A stretch of 64,000 nt of DNA, from the IMG/VR virus record IMGVR_UViG_3300032038_000071, positions 1 through 64,000 of that record; one strand, written 5' to 3'. Below the pieces are notes generated by a model. The model saw only the letters and a program-made list of their open reading frames with translations, was not told the DNA's origin and ran no database searches. The DNA comes from a virus. How positions within the stretch are numbered: the stretch's first letter is position 1; each line of letters starts with the position of its first letter. Both the position numbers and the translations under genes were made by a program. Below are positions 32,244-41,497 of the stretch, one piece after another.

Positions 32244-32516
32244 TTATCCCTCACTTTCTGTCTTGTACTTGTCGATAATCTGTAACACATCAATTTTGCT
32301 GACATACTGATTGTAGCTAACTCCCATTGTATCGGTTATCTGCTCTATCTCAGTTCTTATCTTATCAAGCACATCTTCTTGCTCTAATGCCTTGATTGCC
32401 AATTTGCATAATTCTTCTAATCTCTCATGCAATTTCATTTTTGAGTCTACCATTACACTTTTATCAATCATAAAATCAACAATTTCGGGAGTATTTAAAA
32501 TTTCTTGTCTTGTCAT
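32244..32516 (-). CDS. hypothetical protein (90 aa)
   Basis: ORF track. Confidence 0.55.
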   Translation of the reverse strand: MTRQEILNTPEIVDFMIDKSVMVDSKMKLHERLEELCKLAIKALEQEDVLDKIRTEIEQITDTMGVSYNQYVSKIDVLQIIDKYKTESEG

Positions 32517-32517
32517 T

Positions 32518-33543
32518 CTACCACACCTCCCAATCTTTAATATTCTTAATCTCTTCTGATGTACATTCGCCTATATCTTTTCTGTATTCTGGAAATTGTA
32601 TCTCTGTGATTATCTTATTTGACAGTCTTTCTCTTATCTTCTTTCTTGCATCTTGTCCTGCTTTGTCATTATCTGTAGCAAGTATTATGTGTCTTATAGG
32701 AAGTCTTTTTAATTGCTCAAGCTGTAGTCCATCACCTGTGCCGTTAAGTGCTACTGCATAATGATGATATTGCCATAATAGTATGCAATCTATCATAGAT
32801 TCAGTTACATACAAATCTATAACATTACTTACCCCATAATCAAGTGGTGTTCCTATATATGAACTTGTATGGTACAATTCATATAATCCGTAGAGTGATT
32901 TTGATACATCTTTGGGATAGTTAAACCACTTTGTGCGTACATTCCTGCGTGCGACGAACAGGCAATCGCCATTTTTATCTCTGACAGGGAATGTAATACA
33001 ATCGGTTTTTCTATCATATCCCAAATCAAATAATTCAATGATATTTTCATCTGTTATTCCTCTTTTCTTCCAGTATGAATGATAGTATCTATAGCTATCA
33101 AGTTCCTCTTCTGTTACTCCATTAAATTCAGTATCACTACTATTCCCCAAAACACTATTCTTATTGGTAGTGTTACTACGTTCCATATCAATCTCAACAT
33201 CTTTTCTATCCTCCACTTGTACTGTAGCAAAGTTCTTCATTATCCATTTGAAGCCTTGCTTACCGAATATATCTTCTGTATTACCTAAGCAATAGCTTAT
33301 CACTTCGGGTAGTGTATGTGTTTCGCCACAAGCAAAGCAGTGGAGCATTCCATCACTTTTTCTTATACCCGCTGATGGCTTACGTTCTTGTCCGTTACCG
33401 TGGTATGGACACTGTACCATTATATTATCACCGCTGTCTTTAAATTTCTGTAAAAGCGGTATCTGATTTATCATCAGTTGTCTTTGTAACTCTGTCAGAA
33501 TCTCCTCGCAAGTTGCGTTTATCATTATATCGTTTACTATCAT
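32518..33543 (-). CDS. dnaG: DNA primase (CHC2 zinc finger plus TOPRIM)
   Basis: ORF track, 341 aa. CPYHGNGQERKPSAGI...LHCFACGETH and ILATDNDKAGQ. Confidence 0.85.
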   Translation of the reverse strand: MIVNDIMINATCEEILTELQRQLMINQIPLLQKFKDSGDNIMVQCPYHGNGQERKPSAGIRKSDGMLHCFACGETHTLPEVISYCLGNTEDIFGKQGFKWIMKNFATVQVEDRKDVEIDMERSNTTNKNSVLGNSSDTEFNGVTEEELDSYRYYHSYWKKRGITDENIIELFDLGYDRKTDCITFPVRDKNGDCLFVARRNVRTKWFNYPKDVSKSLYGLYELYHTSSYIGTPLDYGVSNVIDLYVTESMIDCILLWQYHHYAVALNGTGDGLQLEQLKRLPIRHIILATDNDKAGQDARKKIRERLSNKIITEIQFPEYRKDIGECTSEEIKNIKDWEVW

Positions 33544-33655
33544 TCATTTTCTCCTCTCGTGAAAACAAAATGGCTAACCATATCGTAATTAAGTTTGCCC
33601 CACAAATTACACCAATACAAAATGCTATAATAGTGTCCATATACCTACCTCCCAT
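33440..33655 (-). CDS. possible small membrane protein (overlaps the primase start by ~100 nt)
   Basis: ORF track. TM segment IIAFCIGVICGANLITIWLAILF. The large overlap makes the boundaries uncertain. Confidence 0.3.
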   Translation of the reverse strand: MGGRYMDTIIAFCIGVICGANLITIWLAILFSREEKMNDSKRYNDKRNLRGDSDRVTKTTDDKSDTAFTEI

Positions 33656-33656
33656 T

Positions 33657-33932
33657 TTAAAATCTACATGACCTAAATGCGTTCCTCTCTTTATTCTTTA
33701 TTAAAGCACCTTCAACAAACAGCTTACAGTTATCATATTCTTCCCCTCGTCTATCACAGGTCTTGTTTGTTGCATCTGAGTATAAACAAGTATGACCTGT
33801 TATACCAGAATAATTGCATATTACATTTACTACTGTCCTTGTATAGTGACGTTTTGTAGCTCCGCTTATTGCTCCTCTGTACTTACACTTCTGACACTTC
33901 TCTATGTTAAACTTTGTTTCTGCTTTCATCAA
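33657..33932 (-). CDS. Cys-rich protein (91 aa)
   Basis: ORF track. Confidence 0.5.
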   Translation of the reverse strand: MMKAETKFNIEKCQKCKYRGAISGATKRHYTRTVVNVICNYSGITGHTCLYSDATNKTCDRRGEEYDNCKLFVEGALIKNKERNAFRSCRF

Positions 33933-35224
33933 AATACATCCTCCTTGTCATTTCTGAACTTCTCTCTTGCTCTCTTTACTCGTTTTTCTGTTTCTTCTTT
34001 AGGCTGTGCATCATCATAGCTTGGTATATTTACAAACTCCCCTGTATCTATACTCCATTGATATATCAGCTTTCCACCAACAGCACCAAATCTCTGCTTC
34101 TTGATTTGCATTGTAAGTGTTCCTTCTTTTGTCTGTTTGATTGAAAGAACCTTACTTGCGTTATGTGCTATACCGTCACTATCTCTTATGCTTTCAAGTT
34201 CTGGTACATCATTACTATCCTCTGTGCTGACACCATTTCTGTTAGCTTGCACTACTACTAATACAGGTATCTTTAATTCTATAGATAACTCCATCAAATC
34301 TTCGCTTATGTTGGTAAGACTTGTGGTTTTGTTATCACCACGCTTATATCTTTCGTCAGACATATATGTGATACCATCTATTGCTATCATATCAAGTTTG
34401 TATTTCTTTACCCATTGTTTCAGCTTCGATACTGTTATCTGACGATTGAAGTCCATCGATGTTGATACTATAAACTTGTGTTTATTGTCTTTCAGCTTTT
34501 CTATATAGTCCTTATACTTATCTGTATCTTCATTACCCCACATAAGACCTTTATTAGAAAACTGATTGTACAATGTATCAAATCTATATCCTATACTATT
34601 AGCTGACATTTCTGGTGATACATAACCCACATTAAACCCTAACTGCCAAACGTGTGTACATATCTTTTCAAGTACCCAAGACTTACCTTGATTTGTTCTT
34701 GCAAACAATACGAACAATTCTTCGCCACGTTGTATGCCATGAATTAAATCATCAAGTTCTTCAAACCCTGTTGTAAAGAACCATTCGTTTTGATGTTCTT
34801 TTACTTGTGTAAACTGTTCATATCTGTTTAACGCATCTTGTATTATATCTACGCCTGTTATAGAGTAATTCGGCTGTAAGTCTTTTATAGACTGTATCAT
34901 ATACTCTATTGCCGCATTACTATCTGTTTTCATCAGCTTTGCTATCTGCTGAACAACTGGAACAGATTTATAATATAGATATTCTTCTCTGATTGTATCT
35001 ACTAAATATCTATCACTTTCCTGTACTTCTACAATCTCAAAATCTGGAAACTGCGCTATGAATGTTGCTTTATCAGGTACGTTTCCATATTCTGTATTAT
35101 GATTTAAGATAAACTCTATCTCATCTTGATACTCGGGAAAGTAATCCTTTGTTATCTGATTTTCTTCCAACAGACTAATATCTTGTGTCTGTAAAATTTT
35201 ACTGATAATTTGTAAAGCAACCAT
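33929..35224 (-). CDS. dnaB: DnaB-type replicative helicase
   Basis: ORF track, 431 aa. Walker A ARTNQGKS, Walker B MIAIDGI, VVVQANR. Confidence 0.9.
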   Translation of the reverse strand: MVALQIISKILQTQDISLLEENQITKDYFPEYQDEIEFILNHNTEYGNVPDKATFIAQFPDFEIVEVQESDRYLVDTIREEYLYYKSVPVVQQIAKLMKTDSNAAIEYMIQSIKDLQPNYSITGVDIIQDALNRYEQFTQVKEHQNEWFFTTGFEELDDLIHGIQRGEELFVLFARTNQGKSWVLEKICTHVWQLGFNVGYVSPEMSANSIGYRFDTLYNQFSNKGLMWGNEDTDKYKDYIEKLKDNKHKFIVSTSMDFNRQITVSKLKQWVKKYKLDMIAIDGITYMSDERYKRGDNKTTSLTNISEDLMELSIELKIPVLVVVQANRNGVSTEDSNDVPELESIRDSDGIAHNASKVLSIKQTKEGTLTMQIKKQRFGAVGGKLIYQWSIDTGEFVNIPSYDDAQPKEETEKRVKRAREKFRNDKEDVF

Positions 35225-35228
35225 GCTA

Positions 35229-35381
35229 TTACTCCTTGTCTTTGATTATTTTTGTGCCATTCTTTTCACATTTCCACAAATAAGTATCAAATGGTATAAT
35301 ATCATCTAAACCACTTTTTAACCAATTATCAAACAATTCATCCTCAGTAGCCTCTACGATTTTATTATTCTCTATCTTCAT
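35229..35381 (-). CDS. small ORF (50 aa, MKIENNKIVEATEDE...)
   Basis: Found by hand. ATGA coupling to the upstream stop. Fills the gap. Confidence 0.4.
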   Translation of the reverse strand: MKIENNKIVEATEDELFDNWLKSGLDDIIPFDTYLWKCEKNGTKIIKDKE

Positions 35382-36028
35382 CTGCCCCTCCTGTCTTTAC
35401 CTTTAAACTCTACTACACTACCTGTTCTGTATATTCTGCTTGCCAATCTTACTCCAACAGCATTTGCAAGTGCATCAAAATCTGTCATATTTCCTGTAAA
35501 TATATTAGCTTTTTCGCTGAATATACGCTGGTCAACATATGACAATAGCTGTGAATGGTCGTAAGCACTCATATCTGTACTTGCTATATCATCCCATACA
35601 ACTAAATCACATTCAAGTAGATTATGTTTATACGTTTCTGATAATGGTTTCTGAAAATTCTTTAACTGATTCAGTAATGTTGGAACGTGTACGAACATAC
35701 CTCTTACTCTAAAACCATTTCCTGCCCATATACTATCAAAGTATTTCATCATTAACTTTATTGCCCATGTTGTCTTGCCATTACCCGTACAACTACTTGT
35801 GATATACAGATTAAATCCTTCATCAACATATCGTGCTATATCATCTTTAAACTCTGCCAATGTACAAAACGCATCATAGTCAACACCTGCTTGTAATGAT
35901 ATAGGATATTGTTTTGATTTTGGTATATTGCTGTTATCTACAAGATACTTCATTTCAAGGTATCTAATGCAAGTATCAGTACATTCATTCTCACATACTT
36001 CTTTGTACCAACAATATTGTATCTTCAA
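35378..36028 (-). CDS. DnaC/IstB-like AAA+ helicase loader
   Basis: ORF track, 216 aa. Walker A SCTGNGKTT, Walker B LVVWDDI. Confidence 0.7.
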   Translation of the reverse strand: MKIQYCWYKEVCENECTDTCIRYLEMKYLVDNSNIPKSKQYPISLQAGVDYDAFCTLAEFKDDIARYVDEGFNLYITSSCTGNGKTTWAIKLMMKYFDSIWAGNGFRVRGMFVHVPTLLNQLKNFQKPLSETYKHNLLECDLVVWDDIASTDMSAYDHSQLLSYVDQRIFSEKANIFTGNMTDFDALANAVGVRLASRIYRTGSVVEFKGKDRRGR

Positions 36029-36867
36029 AACTTTGTCCTCATTCCTTTCTTCTCACGTTCTTTGTTTATACGTTCTTCTTCTTTCTCATCTTCTTCTGTA
36101 TAGCCACTACTATTGACTGTATTCTGTTCACCAAATGTATCTTTCTTTTTATACTTCTTATCTTCTTTCAATTCATAAAATCCAGACCATCCATTATCAA
36201 GTGTTTGTAATGCTATTTTACGCTGAATATAATTATCTGTCGATAACTGTTTTAACTTATTCAATTTACCTTTAAATGTATTCTGATATATTGGTATTCC
36301 ACTTTCTTTGCTGTTCTCTAAACATCTTTTCAAAAACTGTATAAGATATTCTCTTAATATGATATCATCTGTAAAATCATCTATAAGACTAACACACTTA
36401 TCCCATAAAGATTGCTTTTTAGGTTTGACTATATCAGTTCCAAATTCAAAATTTTCTACTATATCTTTAGATATAGTTTTATTATTTTGTTTAGTAGTAT
36501 TACTAGTATTATTGTGTAAAGTTTCTTTACTACCCTCGTAAAGTTTCTTTACTACCCCCATAAGATAATTTATTTGTTTCTGATTTACTCGATACTCATT
36601 GTGTCTTCCTGTTCTAGCGTCATCTACAAGTGTTACCTCGATTAGATTTTTCTCTTCAAGATTATCTATAGCCTTATCGACAGTAGGTAATGATATATTA
36701 AATGTATTAGCCATATAGCTTCTACTGCCATAGAACCATGTATCACCATCTTGACTAAATCCATATATTAAGGCAAATATTAAAAGTTCATTACCTTTTA
36801 ACCCAAGTTCATTACACATCCAACCTTGTATCACTACATAATTATTACTACTTAATTCTTTAGACAT
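36025..36867 (-). CDS. replisome organizer / replication initiator (N-terminal winged helix)
   Basis: ORF track, 280 aa. LGLKGNELLIFALIYGFSQ...YGSRSYMANTFNISLPTVDKAIDNLEEKNLI. Sits upstream of the loader and helicase. Confidence 0.6.
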   Translation of the reverse strand: MSKELSSNNYVVIQGWMCNELGLKGNELLIFALIYGFSQDGDTWFYGSRSYMANTFNISLPTVDKAIDNLEEKNLIEVTLVDDARTGRHNEYRVNQKQINYLMGVVKKLYEGSKETLHNNTSNTTKQNNKTISKDIVENFEFGTDIVKPKKQSLWDKCVSLIDDFTDDIILREYLIQFLKRCLENSKESGIPIYQNTFKGKLNKLKQLSTDNYIQRKIALQTLDNGWSGFYELKEDKKYKKKDTFGEQNTVNSSGYTEEDEKEEERINKEREKKGMRTKF

Positions 36868-36891
36868 ATCAATCTCCTTTGTTATAAAACA

Positions 36892-36937
36892 AATAGCTTG
36901 TATAAAAGAGAGTGCAGTCTCGATTATACAAGCTATT
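36892..36937 (-). promoter_or_regulatory. perfect 14-bp hairpin in the leader of the organizer gene (attenuator-like)
   Basis: AATAGCTTGTATAA (36892-36905) pairs with TTATACAAGCTATT (36924-36937), followed on the minus strand by TGTTTTAT. A second 8-bp stem GGTTAGCT/AGCTAACC lies at 36941-36993. Confidence 0.5.
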
Positions 36938-37028
36938 GCTGGTTAGCTAAATTATGAGGTCTTGTTGCCAAGTTCTGCACAACTCAGCTAACCTATTTTA
37001 AGAAAGAGTAAAATTCTCGTTCACAAGT

Positions 37029-37057
37029 ATAATAACATTATACTACACATTTGTCAA
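37029..37057 (-). promoter_or_regulatory. promoter (TTGACA-N17-TATTAT; an AATGTGTAGTATAAT box is also present)
   Basis: -35 at 37057-37052. Which -10 is used is ambiguous. Confidence 0.45.
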
Positions 37058-37279
37058 CTACTTTTTTCTTTCCTTATACATTTCATATATTTCTTCAATC
37101 TGACGGTCAACTTCTCCGTTGCAAGATTCCCAAAGCTTTGCTCTTGCTTCTTCTAAATCTTCTCCCGGCTCTACACTTCTTTCTTCGCCATATTCTATTG
37201 TGTAAAACTGGTCTCCGCTCCTTGTAGCTATCTTAATACTTGTTCTACTTGTAGCTTTAATTATCGTTGTCTGTGCCAT
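37058..37279 (-). CDS. hypothetical protein (73 aa)
   Basis: ORF track. Confidence 0.5.
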   Translation of the reverse strand: MAQTTIIKATSRTSIKIATRSGDQFYTIEYGEERSVEPGEDLEEARAKLWESCNGEVDRQIEEIYEMYKERKK

Positions 37280-37694
37280 CTTTCTTCTCCTTTACTTTTG
37301 ATACTCTAAGTGTCATTACTTCCTTTTTCTCACGACAGTTGTCCATTTCAATCAGCACTTCTTTAGGTATTGCACCGTTATAGATAGCTGATTCAAGCGC
37401 ATCCATATCAACATATTTCTTTGTCTTTACAATTCCTGATTCAGCACTAACTTTATCTTGCAGGAGGGCTAATAGCTTATCCTCGTTCATTGTATTTCTT
37501 TCAGATACAGAATATGTTATTTTGTAACCTCCAGATGATATACTATCAATACCTTCTTCTTCCATTATCTTCTTTATCTCTGCATTTTCAGCTTTACATA
37601 TATTTGTATATTCATCTAAGGTTTCTTTGTGACTACCATATTCTGGTATTAAAGTTAATAATCTGTCTGTGTTTGGTATTTTATTCGTCCTCAT
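37257..37694 (-). CDS. hypothetical protein (145 aa)
   Basis: ORF track. Confidence 0.5.
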   Translation of the reverse strand: MRTNKIPNTDRLLTLIPEYGSHKETLDEYTNICKAENAEIKKIMEEEGIDSISSGGYKITYSVSERNTMNEDKLLALLQDKVSAESGIVKTKKYVDMDALESAIYNGAIPKEVLIEMDNCREKKEVMTLRVSKVKEKKDGTDNDN

Positions 37695-37980
37695 CGTCTA
37701 TATATTTCTCCTTTTTTGTATATAATTTATGTGTGATACTTCCCATAAGACCGTTACGACCTCTTGGTATAGCTTGCTTAAATGTAATTACTTTCCACAC
37801 ATCATCACGTTTCCAATAACGTGTCTGTCTACCACCTTGCTGTATATAATCTGGAAGTAGCTGTGCATATTCATTATCAGGATTTGATTTCTTAAACCAA
37901 TACCAATAATTAATTGCTTTTGTTGATACTCCTGCAAGCATGGCAAGTTCTTCAACTTTGATATATTCTTTGTAATCCAC
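37681..37980 (-). CDS. small HTH DNA-binding protein
   Basis: ORF track, 99 aa. VEELAMLAGVSTKAINYWYW looks like an HTH. Confidence 0.45.
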   Translation of the reverse strand: MDYKEYIKVEELAMLAGVSTKAINYWYWFKKSNPDNEYAQLLPDYIQQGGRQTRYWKRDDVWKVITFKQAIPRGRNGLMGSITHKLYTKKEKYIDDEDE

Positions 37981-37996
37981 TTCTTACACCTCCTTT

Positions 37997-40720
37997 CTAA
38001 CTTAATAAGAAGTCAAGTACCTCTGACTTACTCATATCAACCTTACCATCCACAAGAGCATCTGACATAGCACCTTTCTTCTGTACAAGTTCATGGATTC
38101 TTTCGTCTATTGTATCCTTACACATAAGGTTGTAGATTGTAACATTATGCTTCTGTCCTACTCTGTGGCATCTATCTGTTGCTTGGTCGTATAATGCTCT
38201 GTTCCAAGGTTCGTCAAGAAATATCTCAACTGTTCCTGCGGTGAGAGTGAGACCTGTACCCATAGCGCCAATTGTACCTATAATGTATTTACACTCAGGA
38301 TTATTCTGAAAATGATTTACATTTACCTGTCTATCAGCATCGTTTGTCTGACCAGTAATGACAACACCTTTATACTTCTTTGCAAGTCTGGCTCTAATAA
38401 CATCTGTCATCTGCGTCCAGTTAGAAAAGATAACAACTTTCTTTCCATTCTCTATTGCTTCTTCAACAAGTTCTTCCATTCTATCAAGCTTTGCACTTTC
38501 CTGTATCTTGCTTGAAAGAATACCTGTATAACCTGTAGCTTGTCTCATTCTGATTAATTCTGCAAGTGGATTAGGTGCTGTCTTTATGTTATCAATATTA
38601 CTCTGAATATCTGCTGTGACCTCTTTATAGATAACAGCTTGCTTTGGTGTCATATCAACGTATTCATCTATGTATGTCTTTTCCGGTAAGTCTAATACAT
38701 CATCTTTAAGTCTACGTAACATTATGTCATTAAGTCTTTCCTGTAACTCGTCAAGATTCTTATAGCCGACTACTTCATATCCGCCATAGCCACCCATTAC
38801 ACAATAATGATTTTTAAATCTGTAAAAGGCATTCTTTTCATAACCAAGCCATTTAAGAATTATGTATAAGTCCATAGGCTGATTCATAAGTGGTGTACCT
38901 GTCATAGCTATACGACATTCAGATTGTAATTTAAGAATACCTTTGCCCTGCTGACTTGATGGGTTCTTACACTTATGTATCTCATCAATAGCTATAATAC
39001 CTATCTCACCCGATTTGCATTTATTTGCGATTTCAGACACGATTTTTTCATCACGCATAGTTTCTACATTCGTTATAATAAAATACGCTCCAAGTGCTTC
39101 CAAATTGCAAATATCAGTATATTTATCTGCATTAGACCCTATAACAATTTTATCGTTCTTAATTCTCTGTCCAAGAATGTATGCTTCCTCATCTGAATGT
39201 GTATGAATTTCATTAACCCAGTTCCATTTAAGACCATTAACTCCGCATACTATAAGACAATGCTTGTATCCTTTCTGTAATTTCTTTGCTACTGCTATAT
39301 CAATGACTTGTTTTGTGTTATGAGTTACTACAAAATGCTCGGCTAAATACAGATGGTCATTACTATCAACTGTAATACACTTTGCGTCTGCATTATCAAT
39401 CTTTTCAATAGCAATTATATTTCTTCTTGTCTTGAAATGTCGGTCTTTCAATAATGATTTTTTACGAGTAAGAGTACAATACAGTTGAGGTCTATCAAAT
39501 TTAATAGTCAGATTGTAACTTGTTCCCGTAATCTTTCCATCATAACCACACTCACTTTCAGAGTAACTTACAATACCACCTAAACTTTCAACTAAAAATC
39601 TTACATCTTCACATAACTGTTTTGATACAGTTGAATAAGTTAATAAATTATCAGATGTTGCATAGCCATCCGTATCAATAAGTCCTTGTAATACTTCTGT
39701 TCTAACTGCGATTGAATTGTACTTGTATATATCTGGAATGAATTTTGTGTGAGAGTTTCTTCCATGTAAATCTAAATCAGTAAGTGCTTTTCTTATTATA
39801 TTAGTTTTGCCTTGTATATCAGTACCTTTAATATAATATTCAATATCTCCCATACTTGGTGCTGAATACAACTCATAGCCTTTAGGTAATCTTGAATTGA
39901 TATTATCTACCATTTCACTATCAATCGTAGTAAATCTTATTGTATGGGTAGTAATTCCACCATCACCTAACAATGCACCTAATACATAAGGCTCTATTGG
40001 CACTTCTTGATATTCAAATTGAACAGGTTTACATCTATCTATGTAATATTTGTAACTTCCAGAACCTTCGCTGAATAGATTATCTTTTCGTACATTTCCG
40101 AATTGGTCTTTCTTAGTAAACCATTCTGTATCAACTACTTTAGTTCCATGTTGGTCATGTATCTGCCATAAATGGTCTTTACAACAATCAATACTTACTC
40201 CATCAGAAAATGTAATACGATACATTTCAACATTCTTATGATAGTATGTGGCAGTTACTTTAGTTGGGCTACCGTCTTTACCAAATACATAATCTCCAAC
40301 TTCAATATCTTTCATTTCCTTGTACCCTGTTGGAGTATATATTTTAGTATTTAATGCAAGTGCTTTTCCAAGACCCTGTTCATCACCTAACAGCCATCTG
40401 TCGTACTTCAATCCAAAATTAAACCCATCAATCTGATGCTCAAAAGGTTTTGTTTTGAAGTTGAAGTTAGCTGGTGTTTCAGCTTTCTTATCTTCAAATG
40501 ATATGTACTTGCCTGAAATATCAAAATCAAAGTCCTGTAAGTTATCTATAAGATACTGTATCTTTTTTACAGGTATTTCCCACTCTTTTGTATCTTTGTT
40601 CCAATATCTTGTGGGCAGTTCTCTTACTGTATCAACCACTTTCTGGTTGTAGTCAAATGATACAAAAGCTGAATAATCATCATCTATATTTTTAGAGTTT
40701 TTAATCTGTATCGTTATCAT
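37997..40720 (-). CDS. SNF2-family helicase interrupted by an intein in the P-loop
   Basis: ORF track, 907 aa. DEQGLGK | intein | TKQVIDIAV restores the GLGKT Walker A. Also AIDEIH (DExH), MTGTPL, DEPWN, QATDRCHRVGQ. Confidence 0.9.
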   Translation of the reverse strand: MITIQIKNSKNIDDDYSAFVSFDYNQKVVDTVRELPTRYWNKDTKEWEIPVKKIQYLIDNLQDFDFDISGKYISFEDKKAETPANFNFKTKPFEHQIDGFNFGLKYDRWLLGDEQGLGKALALNTKIYTPTGYKEMKDIEVGDYVFGKDGSPTKVTATYYHKNVEMYRITFSDGVSIDCCKDHLWQIHDQHGTKVVDTEWFTKKDQFGNVRKDNLFSEGSGSYKYYIDRCKPVQFEYQEVPIEPYVLGALLGDGGITTHTIRFTTIDSEMVDNINSRLPKGYELYSAPSMGDIEYYIKGTDIQGKTNIIRKALTDLDLHGRNSHTKFIPDIYKYNSIAVRTEVLQGLIDTDGYATSDNLLTYSTVSKQLCEDVRFLVESLGGIVSYSESECGYDGKITGTSYNLTIKFDRPQLYCTLTRKKSLLKDRHFKTRRNIIAIEKIDNADAKCITVDSNDHLYLAEHFVVTHNTKQVIDIAVAKKLQKGYKHCLIVCGVNGLKWNWVNEIHTHSDEEAYILGQRIKNDKIVIGSNADKYTDICNLEALGAYFIITNVETMRDEKIVSEIANKCKSGEIGIIAIDEIHKCKNPSSQQGKGILKLQSECRIAMTGTPLMNQPMDLYIILKWLGYEKNAFYRFKNHYCVMGGYGGYEVVGYKNLDELQERLNDIMLRRLKDDVLDLPEKTYIDEYVDMTPKQAVIYKEVTADIQSNIDNIKTAPNPLAELIRMRQATGYTGILSSKIQESAKLDRMEELVEEAIENGKKVVIFSNWTQMTDVIRARLAKKYKGVVITGQTNDADRQVNVNHFQNNPECKYIIGTIGAMGTGLTLTAGTVEIFLDEPWNRALYDQATDRCHRVGQKHNVTIYNLMCKDTIDERIHELVQKKGAMSDALVDGKVDMSKSEVLDFLLS
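39317..40363 (-). mobile_element. 349-aa intein with LAGLIDADG homing endonuclease; class-3-type (Ala1, Trp-Cys-Thr signature)
   Basis: Residues 120-468 of the helicase. Block A ALALNTKIYTPTG (Ala in place of Cys/Ser), block B CKDHLW, LAGLIDADG motifs YVLGALLGDGG and LQGLIDTDGY, block F AKCITVD, block G VVTHN followed by Thr+1. Confidence 0.8.
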
Positions 40721-41069
40721 AGTTTTTATACCTTTCTTCTTTCATCTTTTTATATCGTTCTCTGTCTTTCTTTGGCAGATGATTTATTGACCACTCTTTG
40801 TCAGGCCACACATCTATCTTACTCCAAATATCATCATCACTTATTGGCTCATTTCTTATAAATCTCCAAGCCGCTTCACTTGTCTTAAACATATAATTGT
40901 AATCATAATATCTGTCTGTTACATAACCTCTTCTTCCGGGCATTTTCTGTATTACTCGATTCATTATGATTACAAGTTGTTCTGACGGTATCATTACAAC
41001 ATTCCAACCATCTTTATCTTTGATCGGAAAGTAAACTAACATTTGCTTCACCTCCTTGTTGTTTATCAA
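40701..41069 (-). CDS. hypothetical protein (122 aa)
   Basis: ORF track; first gene after the promoter at 41079-41107. Confidence 0.55.
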   Translation of the reverse strand: MINNKEVKQMLVYFPIKDKDGWNVVMIPSEQLVIIMNRVIQKMPGRRGYVTDRYYDYNYMFKTSEAAWRFIRNEPISDDDIWSKIDVWPDKEWSINHLPKKDRERYKKMKEERYKNYDNDTD

Positions 41070-41078
41070 CTTATAAAC

Positions 41079-41107
41079 ATTGTACTACACATTTATAATC
41101 TTGTCAA
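41079..41107 (-). promoter_or_regulatory. promoter (TTGACA-N17-TACAAT) with AATGTGTAG box
   Basis: On the minus strand, -35 at 41107-41102 and -10 at 41084-41079. Confidence 0.65.
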
Positions 41108-41108
41108 C

Positions 41109-41141
41109 AAAAAAATCGTCACTCGCTGAAAAGTGACGATT
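41109..41141 (-). terminator. rho-independent terminator ending the 44.4-41.1 kb cassette
   Basis: 10-bp stem AATCGTCACT / AGTGACGATT, 8-nt loop, 7 T on the minus strand. Confidence 0.8.
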
Positions 41142-41146
41142 TTACG

Positions 41147-41497
41147 TTATATATTAAGTTGTTTAATCATAGAAACAATAGCATCTCTTTCAGCTTGGGT
41201 ATCTGTACTACTATATAATGTATGTATAAATTCACTCAACTCTTTACATACATTGTATATAGAATTGATTACTGCTGATTCCGTTACTTCTTGCATCTGA
41301 TATTTACGTTTGATTTCTCTATATAATTGATATTGAGGTAGTATGTCATTGAGTTCCTTTTCAACTCTGTTTGAGTTCTTACTATAATAAGCATTTTTTA
41401 TGATATACATATCTGCTAATATGCGACAGTTTTCCAATGTTGTATCACTGTTTTCAAGGTCTTGTATAGTATCTTCAATCTCCTGTATATCTAACAT
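41147..41497 (-). CDS. hypothetical helical protein (116 aa)
   Basis: ORF track. Confidence 0.5.
   Translation of the reverse strand: MLDIQEIEDTIQDLENSDTTLENCRILADMYIIKNAYYSKNSNRVEKELNDILPQYQLYREIKRKYQMQEVTESAVINSIYNVCKELSEFIHTLYSSTDTQAERDAIVSMIKQLNI

Noticed and set aside
9310-36993. Shared 10-mer TCAGCTAACC in two leaders (9310-9319 and 36984-36993)
   Set aside because: Exact 10-mers are expected thousands of times by chance among all position pairs in 64 kb, and the flanks are not similar.
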